DNA of 62,983 nucleotides, the filler included, from Halocafeteria seosinensis (lineage: Eukaryota): the NCBI GenBank assembly GCA_001687465.1. It is 9 parts of 9 records of this genome, joined end to end, with 100 filler letters (N's around TTAATTAATTAA, not from the genome) between each part and the next. Parts side by side here need not be neighbours in the genome. Positions count along the whole stretch, not along the records: positions 1 to 4,526 come from LVLI01000029.1; positions 4,627 to 29,561 come from LVLI01000034.1; 7 more parts are not named here. One strand, 5' to 3'. The position numbers and the translations under genes are program-made. The notes beneath the pieces are model-generated. The model searched no databases, was not told where the DNA came from, and was given only the letters and a program-made list of their open reading frames with translations. Below are positions 1 to 13,148 of this stretch, one piece after another; within the stretch, counting starts at the first letter, position 1, and the number at the start of each line of letters is the position of its first letter.

Positions 1-37
1 ACAGTAATCAATAGGGAAGAAAAAGCCCACATTCTTC

Positions 38-691
38 ATGACTGGGCGTTGCGAAAACCAGCTTTCCATAATGGATGTTTCTGTACCCCAGCAATCCAGC
101 AAATGGGTCACCGCACATATAAGGTTAGTCAGCTCATGTTACTCTGCGACTTCGCAAAACCACAATCTCAGATTCCAACAGGTGCTGCCTGAGCCACGAT
201 GGTGGCAAGACATTCGGTGGATTGAAGAAGACTGCTTTTACACAGTGATAGTGACTCCTGTGGACACACTCAAATGCAACTGCCCCGATAGCTATAAGGG
301 GAATGACTGCAAGCATCAAAAACTGGTAAGGGAGTTCGATCCCACGCTCCTGAGCTTGGGATCAAGTGAGTCCGAAACAGCGATCCACGATGTTCCTCAT
401 GGACCTACTCCCCAGTTGCAAGTGCTGCGACAATATGTTCGAAACAAAAGCACTTCAAGAATGAGTGATTCAGTGAGTAGAAAGGTTCAGCGCATTTATA
501 ATACGTACAAGAAATACGCAGGTAAATCGCGCGATGCACTTGTTGAAACGCTTGGCCAAACCGAAGATATGCAAGGATTGCTATTGGGATACGAGCCACG
601 AATCTACACGGACGAGTGGCTGAAGCTTCAACATCTTCTTCAGCGTGACAGTAAGTTCATCTACGCTTGCTCTCCCAGTCAAGTACCCTGA
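38..691 (+). mobile_element. SWIM zinc-finger ORF, probable Mutator-like (MULE) transposase C-terminal part
   Basis: CNCPDSYKGNDCKH matches the SWIM CxCx(n)CxH signature typical of MULE transposases; may be 5'-truncated by the window edge. Confidence 0.55.
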
Positions 692-736
692 ATTCCAAGT
701 TCCTCGTGGTCCAGGTCGGCGTGAGCTTCCACGAGT

Positions 737-1249
737 TTGTCTCAACCCGGCATCAGATTGCTAGCATTGGATGGAAATGTCAATGTATCCGTAATGGAGG
801 CTTGTCTCCAGTTCATATGCTATGAAACAAACTACCGCTGGTTTTGCAAAGCTGATGACGGGGATCTGTCAGAGATTAACGAGGTTACCGATTCGTTCGT
901 CCTCGCCGAGCACTATACCTCGGAAGCAGGTGCCTCACAAGGATGGAATTTACACATTTTCAAGCAGTCACAGCTCGAAGGCTTCGACGTTGAATCCTAT
1001 TGGCCGCTGTTACCTCCACAACAGCCCTTACGAAGTCACTTCACAGAGCGAGGTTTGCATATCATCCTCCAAACAGTTACTCAGCCACAAGGGCCTTCAA
1101 CAAATAGCGTTTCTAACACAGCATTAATTTGTATGGGGATTTTGCGCTCCAAGTTGTGGAACCAGCCATTTTACTTCTCAAGTCGAGAAATAGCGTACCA
1201 GAGGAGAAAACTCGTCCTGGAACTCGTGGACTGGTACCGTCGTAACTAG
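737..1249 (+). CDS. hypothetical protein, possibly a degenerate Ulp1-like protease domain carried by the MULE
   Basis: 170-aa ORF directly after the SWIM ORF; layout (W.L.I ... QPQ...N...C ... F....I...R..L) loosely resembles the C48 protease C-terminus, but the catalytic residues are not canonical. Confidence 0.3.
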   Translation: MSQPGIRLLALDGNVNVSVMEACLQFICYETNYRWFCKADDGDLSEINEVTDSFVLAEHYTSEAGASQGWNLHIFKQSQLEGFDVESYWPLLPPQQPLRSHFTERGLHIILQTVTQPQGPSTNSVSNTALICMGILRSKLWNQPFYFSSREIAYQRRKLVLELVDWYRRN

Positions 1250-3963
1250 CTCGGACCCTTCAGCTCGAAGGTATGGTCCCGTTACATATAACAAGGTGTA
1301 GTCTCTGATACTGTACTGACTATCGACGCTATTTCATTCCACTCCCTTCTGCACGGGCACACAGAAATTGGTGTTTCCATCGTTTATTAGAGTGACCCAG
1401 GTTGTACATGTATTCCGTGTTTCGTCGCTAGCCAGAATACTGGTTTCCATCCCTTCTAAGGAAGTTTAGTCCTGACGCCCGCGACTCGAAGCCGTCAAAA
1501 GTACAGACAGAATTAACTCTATTTATCATTCGAAAAACGAAAAAATTGTTCCCATCCTCAGTCGAAGAATTTCAGGTTCCATGTCCTCCCATAGTGGCAC
1601 ACAAAATTCGCTTTGGCAAGTATGATGGAGGAACTTCATGAAGCCGCAGCATACATCAGCGGAGTGCTCTCGAGTGTACTTTGCCCTACTCTACTTTCGA
1701 CGCTTCATTTCGTGTCAGCCACCTCCCACGTACGACGATGAGCTCTCCTTGACAAATCACGTTGAGAGCGGCGACATTCTTAGACGCTGAATTAGTCACA
1801 TTAACAGCAGAACCACCTCTAAATGCAACTTACTGACGGACCTTTTACAGCCATTTGGGAAGCTTACAGTAGCTCCTCACTTGCAAACAATCCTGGACTT
1901 TTCACTCCTATGGAATTTCCCAATGGTCTTACTGTGTCAAATCAAGTGGGCTTCTTTTTAACATCTCGAATAGCTTGAGTGTATGAGTATTGGTGCTATG
2001 CTAGGCCGCGTGTGGGGTCAACCCTACCCGAAACCGCTCCAGCATCTCACGTTGTGGCGCATCAACGTGATATACAGTTTGGCTATCATCAGCTTCCGAA
2101 AGCCCCGTTTCTCCCCGGTCCTTTTCTGAAAACTCTGTTCGAACCGTGGTGGCGTCTTCGCTGAAGCCACTCTATTACGCGTGATGACCCCTCAGATTTT
2201 CCGTATTTTGTCCGTTTCCTCTACTCAGACTCTACCGCGAAGGTGAGGGGTTACCCAGCTGTCGCTGATAATCTACGTATTATGAACAGGTATCGTTGAC
2301 GTAAACTGTGCGCGTTGTGCCTTTTCCTTCCAGGTACATGACCCGCCTCACTACTTCATTTTCCGCATCTACAAGCATCTACACAGTCAAATGCCCACGC
2401 GGAAGTAGCTCTCAAGTTCTATACTATCCTGTCACGACGGGTGGATCGTTTGTGTGGCGTTCCCTTTTTTGCCGCATCCAGTGCACGCTGTAGGCGGTCG
2501 TCAATGGGTCCTTCTCCAAAGGATTCACCGCCTGGTTCTGTACACAGGCTAGTTTGAGGGAGTCTGAGGCCTAGACGCAGTGCTACCATGTCTTTGCGTC
2601 GGTAAGTGTCGACCCTTTCCTTGGTATGGGTATAGTCAGGCGGCTACTCTTTTGGGGGCTGTAAGTACCGCTTTCTCCTGTGGGCTGAGCGTCCCTTTCA
2701 GGGTCTGCTACCCTCTGCAACATCTTGCTTGAGCTTCAGTTCTCTCAGTACCCTTCGTGGTATGCAGTCGGGAGTCCGATCGTTTCCTGTACTCGGAACT
2801 CTCCATCAGATTTAGTGGGGGATTCTTGCGGTGTTGAACGAGGGGGCCTTGCTCATTTCCTGCCACTTGCTGGGTCGTGTTTGACGCGTCGAGATATGCG
2901 CGCAGACCTCCCTCTAGTTTATCGTGGCCTGAAGTTCTAGTCCAGCTCCCCATGCTTATTTCAGTTTCCAGTGTGGTTCTTAGTTCTCATGACATCGCTC
3001 AATGTCGGACCCCAGAATTATGATATCTGTGACTGCCAATGGTCGTACTATTGTTTTGGGTAGGGATAATAGGGCTCCATTCCTCTTCGCTTATGTCTAT
3101 GTTGTCTGCGACCAGGACATGCGTTTTATGTCCTTGTTTGCTTCAGATGACACAACCGACCGAAAACAGTGAGCCATGAGATCGTAACAGGAGACCTCCC
3201 TCGGACTGAGATCTGAAATGAACGAAACTCTCAAAGTTTCCACGCACCGGTAAGGCAAGCACTATTACCCTCCTATTGAATTGCACTTTCTGTATCCGCC
3301 TTCTTCCAATGCCTGAGTTGCATGTTGCGCATTTCAATAAACGGCTAAGGAATTCCTGTACGCAACGAAGTCTTCTGCATTCTCCTGATATGTAAAAAGG
3401 GTGTCTACATAGTTTCCACTTATATACCGTTTTATATTCCACATATCGTCCAGCAATACATGCTACAGAGCCCAATATATGACGTACAAGTGCGTGGTTG
3501 ATGCACCGTACCGTGTCCCACCTTCTCAACCGGGCCATCCGGCCCTGCCCAGGGCGCTCCCCTGCCACGCTTATGGCAGACAGGGTCAGGCTGTCCCCTT
3601 TGTCCCCCCGCGCCCATGACGGAGGATCTGTCCTCCCGTACACGCTATTATTATTGTATATTCATGTGGTTATACTTTATACTCCCCTAACACGCTTCGT
3701 AGGAAACCTGGTTACCTGCACCTTTTTTGCCCCCTGGAGTTTACCGCTTAAGAGTGTCCGGACCCCGACTCGGACAGTTGCGAAAACAATGCGCTTCTTT
3801 ATTTCCCTTGTTTGAACTGCAATACAGCTAAGATAGACACACTACTGTATTTCATCTCAAACGATTTGCCTTTCCTGTACACACACGGAGGTAGGTGTGC
3901 ATCACATACACACACACACACACACAGACAACGAAGAAAAGAGAAAGAGCGAAAGAGAAAGAA

Positions 3964-4526
3964 ATGGCGTCGATATCATCCGCATCGTCTACTACTGATT
4001 CTCTTGCTACTGTGACTGCTAGTGCTACTACATCTTCGCTTTCGTCGACCGCATCGTCATCGTCCACTACCACACCCACTTCCCCTGCTACTGCTACTAC
4101 ACCTTCGCTTTCGTCGACAGCATCGTCATCGTCTACTACCACATCCACTTCCCCTGGTACTGCTACTACACCTTCGCTTTCGTCGGCAGTATCGTCGACG
4201 ACTAGGACTCCAGCCGTAAAAAGGAAAGCGGATGCCACGGAAGCTGAGCCTCCGGGTCAAACTTCAAAAACTGAAGTTCAGTCATCTGCATCTACTGCCC
4301 CAGTGACGAAATGGGACCTGTCATCGTACCCTTCTCTGCTAACTCAAGTAAAAGGTATACTGTCTCAACGCGCAAATTCTTGCACGCAGAGAGCTGCCCA
4401 GAATCAAGACGAGAAAAGCCAACTCGAAAACAGTGCTAAGTTCTGCAAAGATGCAGAAGGGGAGTTCGATCACTTTATTCTTCCCGAACGGGGGAACAAT
4501 GTTTCTTCTAGAGAATACAAGGGTGT
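3964..4526 (+). CDS. Ser/Thr-rich hypothetical protein (N-terminal part, runs into gap)
   Basis: ATG at 3964 downstream of a (CA)n tract; open reading frame to the contig end. Confidence 0.5.
4023..4200 (+). repeat. 69-bp (23-aa) tandem repeat, about 2.6 copies
   Basis: cttcgctttcgtcg recurs at 4034, 4103 and 4172. Confidence 0.9.
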
Positions 4527-4626
4527 NNNNNNNNNNNNNNNNNNNNNNNNNNNNNNNNNNNNNNNNNNNNTTAATTAATTAANNNNNNNNNNNNNNNNNN
4601 NNNNNNNNNNNNNNNNNNNNNNNNNN
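4527..4626. other. artificial contig linker (44 N + TTAATTAATTAA + 44 N); also at 29562-29661, 33958-34057, 37592-37691, 43756-43855, 48772-48871, 52144-52243, 57591-57690
   Basis: same 100-nt spacer with six-frame stop sequence, eight copies. Confidence 0.98.
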
Positions 4627-4894
4627 GTCTTGGCGTTGGCGCCGCTGTGGCAGGCTCAGGGTCTTCTCCTGCCAGACTGAGCCTTGTCGGTACCTCTGAC
4701 ATTGTGGGCGCAGGCATGGCTCCTCCCCCGATGCCTCCTGAGCTTAACCAGTGCTGTGTTCCNCCACGGCGCATGTCAGCAAGGCTGCAGGAACAGCGGG
4801 CCCGTCGCTGCTTAACACGGGCGCTTACCGCTCCTCGTTAAGAGGATGTGGTCAACTTCCCGGCCGGTGGGCTATCTGTCACATTTGTGTGTGT
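4627..4894 (-). mobile_element. dispersed repeat, putative 5' end (UTR plus ORF start MPAPTMSEV...) of a non-LTR retrotransposon
   Basis: near-identical to 34058-34205 (-) and 57424-57590 (+); starts at an (AC)n tract and runs into a gap in all three copies. Confidence 0.6.
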
Positions 4895-5099
4895 AAGCCA
4901 CTGGGCCCAAATTGGATTACCAACTATGCTATATGAACGAGTAAACTACATAGGTGATTTCCTTGTATACAGAGGTCGTATACATCGATATGATCAAATA
5001 TAAATCATTAATTGGGATAGTTATCTCTCGTTCGACTCTCACATGTATACCTATGCTGCCTATACGCATTGTCGCATGTGCACATTCCCCTCCGCACTT

Positions 5100-7875
5100 C
5101 AGAGTACCGCGTTGCATCTGGCAACCAGAACGATGGTCTCAAACTGTGTGTTTCCTTTGCTCCCCACTACTGTCCTGGTAAAGACACATCCCGACATTGA
5201 CAGCACAGGAAAGACGCTCTTGATGGATGGCCAAAAAGGTGAAGCCAAAGCGTTCGCCATTTGTATCTGATCAACCCACAGAGGTGACAATTCTGTGAGC
5301 AGCCTTGGCAGAGTAGGGCACCAGGTGAAGAAGCTTCCTCTACAGATAGTGCTCACTTGTAACCAGGACAGCTATGACAAGGCTGTCGGAATAGCTCAAG
5401 GAAACTTAATCGAAGCCAAGTTCGACAAACTAATGGAACTTCCAGTTCCTTTTCCTATCTCAAAGACGTAATCCGACATTTTGTGGAGGGGTGCTCCACC
5501 CCCAAAGAAACAAAACCAGAATCACCGTCTTCTTATAATCTTGCTCCCGCTTAGGAGGGCACCGTTCGAATAATTCTTCTAGTTCATGTCCCGTACGTTC
5601 TACCCGATGCAAGTTCTCACAAACGTTGAAGTCTACCAATACATTCTCCAGGTCGTTTTTGATATATTGAGCTATCTTGCGAGTGCTTGGGTGCTCAGAC
5701 TGCTCAAGGTCATCAACATACCAGAGAAATTCCCGGAGTATACTTCATAAAGTGGTTTCTCCTACTGTTGGAGACCTGGCAAAGAAGTGGTTCGGCGCTT
5801 TCTCCCAACACACTGTGATCTACAAGAAAATTATCACGGACCATGGCCGTAACGGTACCATTTAGATGCTCACGGTAGAATTTCCTCTCTACTGGGCCGT
5901 TCGAGTTCAACAGTAATTCGGTTCGTTCGACCACACATTGTTTCACGAAAGGCTCTTCGTCCAATATGGCCCGGCGTAACTGGTTAGACTTAGCAACACA
6001 AACCCCGCTGCCTACAATGAGGCAATCCATCATTTCCGCACTTAGTGGGAGGTATTCAGCATCAAGCTTGATCATCGTGTAAAGAGCCAACATAGCACAA
6101 TATTTGGAAACCGTGGCATAGATGTCTGCTCCAACTTCCTTGCGCGACTGTAAGATTGGATTACGTCCTTCTTGAGCTCGTTCGTCCGGTTTACTTCATC
6201 CTTTAGCATGTTTTTCAGTTCGACTTGGTTCGCCGGCTTCAAAATAGTACAGTCATAGTGTATGTTTTCCAATAGTCTCGCCGACCAGAGGCCTCTACCA
6301 CACAACATTTCTACGCCTTCACGGAACTCCGTGCTTTCTCTAGCCGTTTCCAGACACGCTCTACATTGAAGTAGTGAAAAACGAGCTCTTTTATGCCCTG
6401 TACTGAAAATATGTCCACATCATGGGTAAACTGCAGTTTGCACCTAGTCGGTGAGATTTCAGCTGCTTTCTGTAGCCGACTGGAAGTCGATTCCGTTCCC
6501 ACAAACACACCTCCAATTTCGTGGTGTTTCAACAAGTGCGAAACCCCCACATGCAACGCGTAGACTTCATCAGTTAAGCAGCTATCCGCATATCTTGCGG
6601 GCTGAAAGGAGGATGCTGACGACCGATAGTATTGAGCAGTAGGTAAATATACTCTATATAACTGGCGAATACAAAGTTCACAGCGGCATATGCTGCTTCA
6701 GAAATGATCCTCTCCAGCCCAGGTTCCAAATATACAGTGAGTGTTTTCAAAATACTGTCAAGGAAACCCCAGGGGACCGTCAGGCTATCCTGCCTTTTCG
6801 TTGCCACGTTGCACAAGATAACAAGGGTATCGTGTTTGGGGTCCATTCCTAAAACGTACAGGGCATGCGTCTTTCCACCGCCACTGGACTGACTGTAAAT
6901 TGTCAGATACCCATCTTGTCCTTCCGTGAACGCACCTTGTAAAATAAAACGCAATGCCCGTAGTGTGGAGGGGCCCACGTGATGCAAGAACTGAGGAATA
7001 ACGTCAGGGCTTGCGGTTTTGTAAAATACCGGCACAGGTCTCTTGGAAAAACCTTCCGCTTCAGTATGCGGCTCTCTGAAAACATCTGATTCCTCTTCAT
7101 GCTTTTCACAACGTGGCGCAACACTCTTTTGATATTCTGCGGCTTTTGCGCCCGAAGGAAGCTCAGGTCCATTCCTGCAATCGCATGCCAAAAGAACGTG
7201 TAGCCCATATGCCTAGGATACAGTGTTCATGTAGGATCAGCGGACAACGCATCAAACCTCCCCAATCGTTGCTCCGAGCCCCTGGGGGAACAGCGAAATT
7301 ACATGTACCACGCCACGATAAAAAGTCACAAAAACCAACCGTCTACAGTGCATCGCAGTTAATATGTATAGGTGGGTAGGAACTACCTGTTTCGTGCGGA
7401 CATAGTTTCCTAATCAAGGCACACAGCGTATCGGTCAGCCTTGGTACTGACCCGGCTCCTCACAAAACAGACCAGATTCAGACCCTAAGTCATCATTCTT
7501 CCACTGTTCAACTTTTCGTTTCATGGTGTCCCTCTCATCGGGAGGGTACAAATCCTTGAGGCGTTTCTCTTCATACCCATCGCAAACCCCACGGTCACCC
7601 AAAATGAAACAAGCAACCACGAGGCTGTGCTTTAGCTCGTTTTGTTGGACATAAGTAAGGGGCCCGCCCGTTTTCTCTCGACGTAGAAGCTCTTCTACGC
7701 CTTTAATGTCTTCTAACGCAATACTTCTCTCCCTATCCAAGCATTTTGTAATGCGCTCAGCCCAATGATCTTTATCCGTCGCTTTGCATTTTCTAGGAAT
7801 GAACCAGCGAGCAATCCCCTCAATAGCTTCATCCAATGTCAGCTTTGGCGCTTCCACTGGAGCTGCAGCCGCCAT
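5100..7875 (-). pseudogene. fragmented Crinkler/CR-like P-loop NTPase gene
   Basis: chain of same-strand ORF pieces (7435-7875, 6574-7191, 6311-6556, 6072-6308, 5713-6093); Walker A SQSSGGGKT in 6574-7191; frame breaks between pieces. Confidence 0.45.
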
Positions 7876-8056
7876 TTTGACACTGTTTTAAATTAGGTTA
7901 GTCAGTTTGTATAGCTAACTTCCTTCTTGGCGGCTCCGGAAGACAGTCTTAAAACCACCAGACTGATGTCGTTGCGCACTACAATAAAACCTCAGCTCAG
8001 CTCAAATGTTTTCTTTCACTTTGCCGTCTTGAAATACCAATCTGCTGATGTACAGC

Positions 8057-8059
<3 letters not shown>

Positions 8060-8094
<35 letters not shown>
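8060..8094. repeat. (TG)n microsatellite
   Basis: about 17 TG units. Confidence 0.95.
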
Positions 8095-8099
<5 letters not shown>

Positions 8100-8423
8100 C
8101 CTACATAGGGCGCCCACCAAAATTTGGGGTTGGCAGACTACCATATGGTTGTATTGTAGCGCTATAAATAACGTATTATTGGACTATATTGGTTAACTCA
8201 AAGGTATGCAGACTCGCACCGTCCTATGTTGGCCTGCGGCACCCTCCTCTCTCTACATACCCTCAATCCTGACTAGGTTAACATACCACTACTATCCCGC
8301 ATCTACCTTCAACCACGACTCGGTCCACGACTGAATTTCATGCACGCACTCTCATGTTCCAGAGTCGAGGCCTTAGCCTAGGGTTTGTGAAAAAGACAGA
8401 CGCAGCCAGTTCCGGAATCAAGT

Positions 8424-11084
8424 ATGAGACTGCCCCTGTTGGTGTTTGTGCTTCCAGTGCTCGTGCTGGTGCTGGGGGAGGGAGAAGTGGATCAGAAGCC
8501 GCAGTTCCACGTGATGCCGCGCAGGAATTGGTGCAATGATCCCAACGGGCCTACCTATTGGAAGGGTGTCTATCACCTGTTCTTCCAGTATAACCCCAAC
8601 GCCCCGGTGTGGGGAGATATGCACGTACGTGGACATTTGATTCATTCATTCATTCGTTCGTGCCGGCAGCGGCAAACGGTCTTGTACTGTACTTGCAGTG
8701 GGGTCATGTTGTTTCGGAGGACTTGAGCACGTGGCGGCATATGCCGGTGGCCCTTGCCCCCGACAAGGAATACGATAGCAAGGGCGTTTTTTCAGGATCG
8801 ATCACGATAGTCAATGGATTTCCTGTCATTTCCTACACGTGCGTCAATTCACAAAACCAACAGCTGCAGTGCCAGGCTTACCCGAAGAATGCATCGGATC
8901 CATATTTACGAGAATGGTACAAGGATGACAATAATCCCCTCATTTCACAGGCGCCTCCAGGTACGTATTGTCGATTCACAGGAGCGTTTGGATGTGTTCA
9001 CACAGTATCTACAGTATGCTGGTGGTATGCTACAAGCAGGAGGGACGACGGCGCAGTTTCGGGATCCTTGCACTGCGTGGTGGCAGAGTGAAAAACAAAG
9101 ATGGTTTATTTCGTTTGCGGCTACAATAGATCAGAAAGCACAGATAGTGTTGTACTCTTCGCCGGACTTCACACATTGGAAGTATGAGGGTGTACTATTT
9201 TCCAGTACTTCTCCGTTTGTGAGAAACATCAATATATGGGAGTGGTACGCTCGTCACGACATTATTGCTTCCAGCGTGCTTCATGGTGAAATTCCTGGCC
9301 ATCGCAGCCCTGATTTCTTCAATACGTCGACAGAGGATGCAGGGAGCTCTCCTGGTGGTGCGAAAGCTCTCAAATATTCAGGTTGGTCAGGCATAAATTG
9401 ACAAGCTACCGTGTGTGGGCTTCAAACGTTTCGTTTTACGCGATCGCAGAAAAAGTGTTGTCGCAAACGCCTCAGTCTCAGGATTGGATTTTGTTAGGTA
9501 ACTACAACGTTTCCACGCAGGTTTTCCAACCAGCAAGTAGCCCTTCTCTCTATGACTACGGCACATGGTACGACCAGTCTCGCCGGCCTTAAAGATGTTC
9601 CACGATCTAAAAACTGGTGGCGTCTTACAGGTATGCATCCAAGTCGTTTTACGACCCAGTCAATCGAGAACGGGTGCTATGGGGTTGGATTCCAGAGGAC
9701 GGTCCATTGGATGGCAGAGATTGGGCCGGCACCCAGTCGGTTCCTCGCCAGCTTGGCGCGGACTATCGACTTGGAATGTGAGTGTTAGGGTGTTTGAACT
9801 TCTTAGAGACTAGGCGTTTGGGAGTTGGTTTTTCTTTCCTTTTACTGTTACACTTGAAGTACAGTGTAACGGCTCAACCCGTATCGGCGCTAGAACAACT
9901 CCGCAGTTCTGTGGTTGTGTCAGACTCCGGCATTAAGATTTTTGCCGTAAGTGGCATGTTAAATATTCTCTAGATTCGCAATCGTTGCACTTGGCGAACA
10001 CTGCAGAATGAAACTAAGTCGTTTGACGTAGCTATAGGTCAGCAATTTGATATGCACTCATGGTTCGATATAAGCCAGCTACATTCACTTGGGCGATGGT
10101 ACGAATTTGGTATCGTACTTCGTGCAAGTAGCGATGCAACTACATTTACTCGTGTTGCCGTAACACACACTGCTGGAAGCGGAGTAGAGGTTGAAACGGA
10201 CCGTCCTGTAAGTCAACTACAGAACGTGTTTAGTAAAAGCATCAACGGTGATGCTGAGTGCCTATGCAGGGTGGTGATTTCAGAGATATTCTCTATGCGC
10301 GAGAGCATTCCAATAACATCAAGAATTGCTCGGAAGAGTGTCAGTTTGACCCATCGTGCTTGGCATGGACGTATGTGCCAGCTGGTGCTCCCGATGATGA
10401 TGACCCAAATGGGTTGCCGGTAAGGATTTTTACCGCTGTGTTTCTCCTGACGTACCCCTTGCAAACTCATCGCTCATTCCTCTGATTGGCGTGGCAGAGA
10501 TGCTCACTGAAGTGGTACGTCCCCCGTGCGCATGATAATCCAGATTGTGTTTCTGGTGTAGTAGCTAGCTCTACTCTATTCGTTGACCGATCGCACTCCG
10601 GTGAGTTTAAAACGCTTACCACGTTTTTATTGATCCCATCTACTCTGTGCTAGTTTGTTGCACAATCGAACAGGAGGTAATGGAAATAAAACTAGACAAG
10701 GAGGCCGTCTGCCGATGAAGACAGGGGAAACACTTGTGGATCTCCGCGTCCTTAGTGATCACAGTGTTATCGAAGTATTTGGCCAGAGAGGGCGTGCCCG
10801 CATTGCTTCTAGGATATATCCTCAGGATCCTGAGGCTGTCAACGGTGGACTCTTTTTGAACACCGGCAGTACCGCGGAAGGAATAGGAGCATGGGTACCT
10901 AGACCTGAGACCAAGTCGCTCAACACAGCGGGGCCAGTTGCAAGGGATGAAACAGACTACCTAATTGTCAAGGAGGTACGGAAGAGTACATGTTATTAGA
11001 TTACGAGGCACTGTGTTGGTACCTGTGGTTAGGATTGTAATGCAGGTGAAAGTTTATTCGATGAGCTCGGTTTGGACCGACTAA
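8424..11084 (+). CDS. secreted glycoside hydrolase family 32 (beta-fructofuranosidase/invertase) with inserted PAN/apple domain; multi-exon
   Basis: signal peptide [43 protein letters not shown], spliced WECPDFF and C-terminal DHSVIEVF motifs; GT-AG introns. Confidence 0.92.
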
Positions 11085-12311
11085 GTCCATTCTGTGTCGC
11101 CGGCTCTGTGCATGACAAGTCGTTAAACATGGTATACCATGAGAGCGCCTACGGAAGAACAATTAGTGACTGTGAACTTGCCGGAGAAACGCTGGATGAC
11201 CAGTCCTTTCTGCTTGCTCGGTCGATATTCGCCATGCCTGTACTGGCTGTACATCGCATGCCACGCAATAACTCGATTCGCCGTCCTCTCGTTCCTGCGG
11301 TATTCGTCTTCTCCTTTAAATTTTTAATTGCACGCACGATGCACGTTACACGGCGAATGTTGTATCGGTAATTGGATTATCAGGAACATAAACAAGATTT
11401 GCTACGACGACGACGTATATTTATTGTTTACCGACTAGGGCTACTACTACAGTTGCTTTCCGAAGTAGTGGACGTTAAACCCATGTTGCTCACCTCCAAA
11501 GAACCGAATCGACCCCCCTTTCGGGGAGTGTGGGCAGGGACCTCCTGACTCCGCTCGTTATTGCTTTCCTCCGTCTCGTCTCGTCTACACTTGCTAGCGT
11601 TCTTGCTCTCTCCAAGGACTTCTGTCGCTTCCTTGCACTTCACAAGACACTCTTCAGTGATAGGGATACGCTCCGTCGTAGGTTTACTACCCTTTCCCCT
11701 CGCTCCGAAGCCGGTACTTTTGGGTCTCTCCGTCGTCGACGTCCCGAAAGACGCAGGTGGATTTCGTCGTCCACTATCCGCCATTCCGTCTTCCTTTGCA
11801 AGCTTCTTTCAGGGGCCTTGTGGACGTTTCCCTGCCGCTTTGATCTCTCCGCGGATTCCTGTGCACAGTGCACCACAGTCGCGTTTCCCACGGGAACCCG
11901 AACCGGTACTTCCTTTTCTCCCTTTCCTTCCTAATTGTGGACAGCTACTCTGCCGCCACATCCAGTAGGTGCCTTCCTGGATTTCTATCCTATTTCTCCC
12001 ATGGGTCGCCACTGGTCGGAGACAGGTCACAGGCTGACTCACAGCCGTACAATTGCACTGCTCGTCTAGATGCAGAGACGCACCCATCTTTTTACTCTTC
12101 CAGCTAGTAATAAAGCTACCATTGAGCACTGGACCGTCAATCATCATTCCGCGTAGTTAGTTCGCTGTTTACCAAATTTGTTTGTATGAGCTTCACGGCA
12201 AAGCCAGGGGTAAGTTTATGATACATATATGATATAGAATGAAGCATTGTGAAGGGTTTGGGCGAAATGGCGTGCGTTGCTTAAGGACTCAGGAAACGTG
12301 AGGAGATAGTG

Positions 12312-13148
12312 ATGGCATCGGGGTCTTTGGGAGCACTTGATGGCAGTTGGACTTCCAATCCTGCAGTCGAGGATATACGTGCTACATGTATGATTCAAAC
12401 GGAGCCTGGAGGCGCGCATTCGACTCCAGCGACACCATCAGAGGACTCTGAGGATCCAACAGTCTTTTTACAGATCATTGAAATGCTCAACAATGAGGGC
12501 ATACCGTTTCAGCATATGCATCACAGACAAACTTTGACGTCTGAAGAGGTAAGCCTGGGCTCTCAAATCATACCCGGATTGCTTTCGAGGATGAAAAACA
12601 GGGATATTGATGTCTCTGTGCTGCAGTCTGCAGCTGTGCGCGGCGCAGCCTTGCATTCAGGTGCAAAGGCAATGCTTGTGGCTTTGCCGGTAAGCTACCC
12701 GTAACGAGATCGCCGTCCATAAGATAGTTGGGACTTCCAGGCGATCGCTGCAGGCTCAAGCAGATCGACCACAGGATTATGCTCTTGTTGTAATGGCAGC
12801 AGACAAGAAGGTCGACTGGAAAGTGTTGAGAAAGAAACTCGGAAAGAAGGCTAGACTGGTAGGAAAAGACGATGTACTCCAAGTCAGCGGCTGCGTTTCA
12901 GGTGCCGTTCCTCCGTTTGGGAGTATGCTCAAAACAGCAGCGAAGACACTGGTCGATGTGAGTCTTAGGGATCAGGGATCCACTATCAATTTTAACGCTG
13001 TAAGGAATTATGTATACTGGGTCGTATCCTGAGTCTTGATCATAGTTTTGATGGAACTCAGGGATTAACAACTGACAGTGTGTGCATGCGATTGGAGGAC
13101 TTCGTTAAATTGGAGTCACCAGAAATATGCGAGTTTTGTCAATCATGA
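12312..13148 (+). CDS. YbaK/ProX-like aminoacyl-tRNA deacylase (editing domain); multi-exon
   Basis: H..TLTSEE, GAKAML, SGCVSGAVPPFG and INFNAG motifs across short introns. Confidence 0.85.

Noticed and set aside
4571..4582. Recurrent TTAATTAATTAA palindrome
   Set aside because: Always centred in identical N spacers; an assembly linker, not biology. ORFs running through the Ns are artefacts.
4751..4936. ORF MLCSLTAHVSK... present three times
   Set aside because: It is only the antisense reading of the dispersed repeat, has a non-ATG start, and its C-termini diverge with the flanks.
11428..11968. Overlapping ORFs on both strands between GH32 and YbaK
   Set aside because: No recognisable domain or defensible gene model.
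12279..12289. GCTTAAGGACT upstream of the host YbaK-like gene, resembling the viral motif
   Set aside because: Lacks TATAGA at the 17-nt spacing; probably chance.
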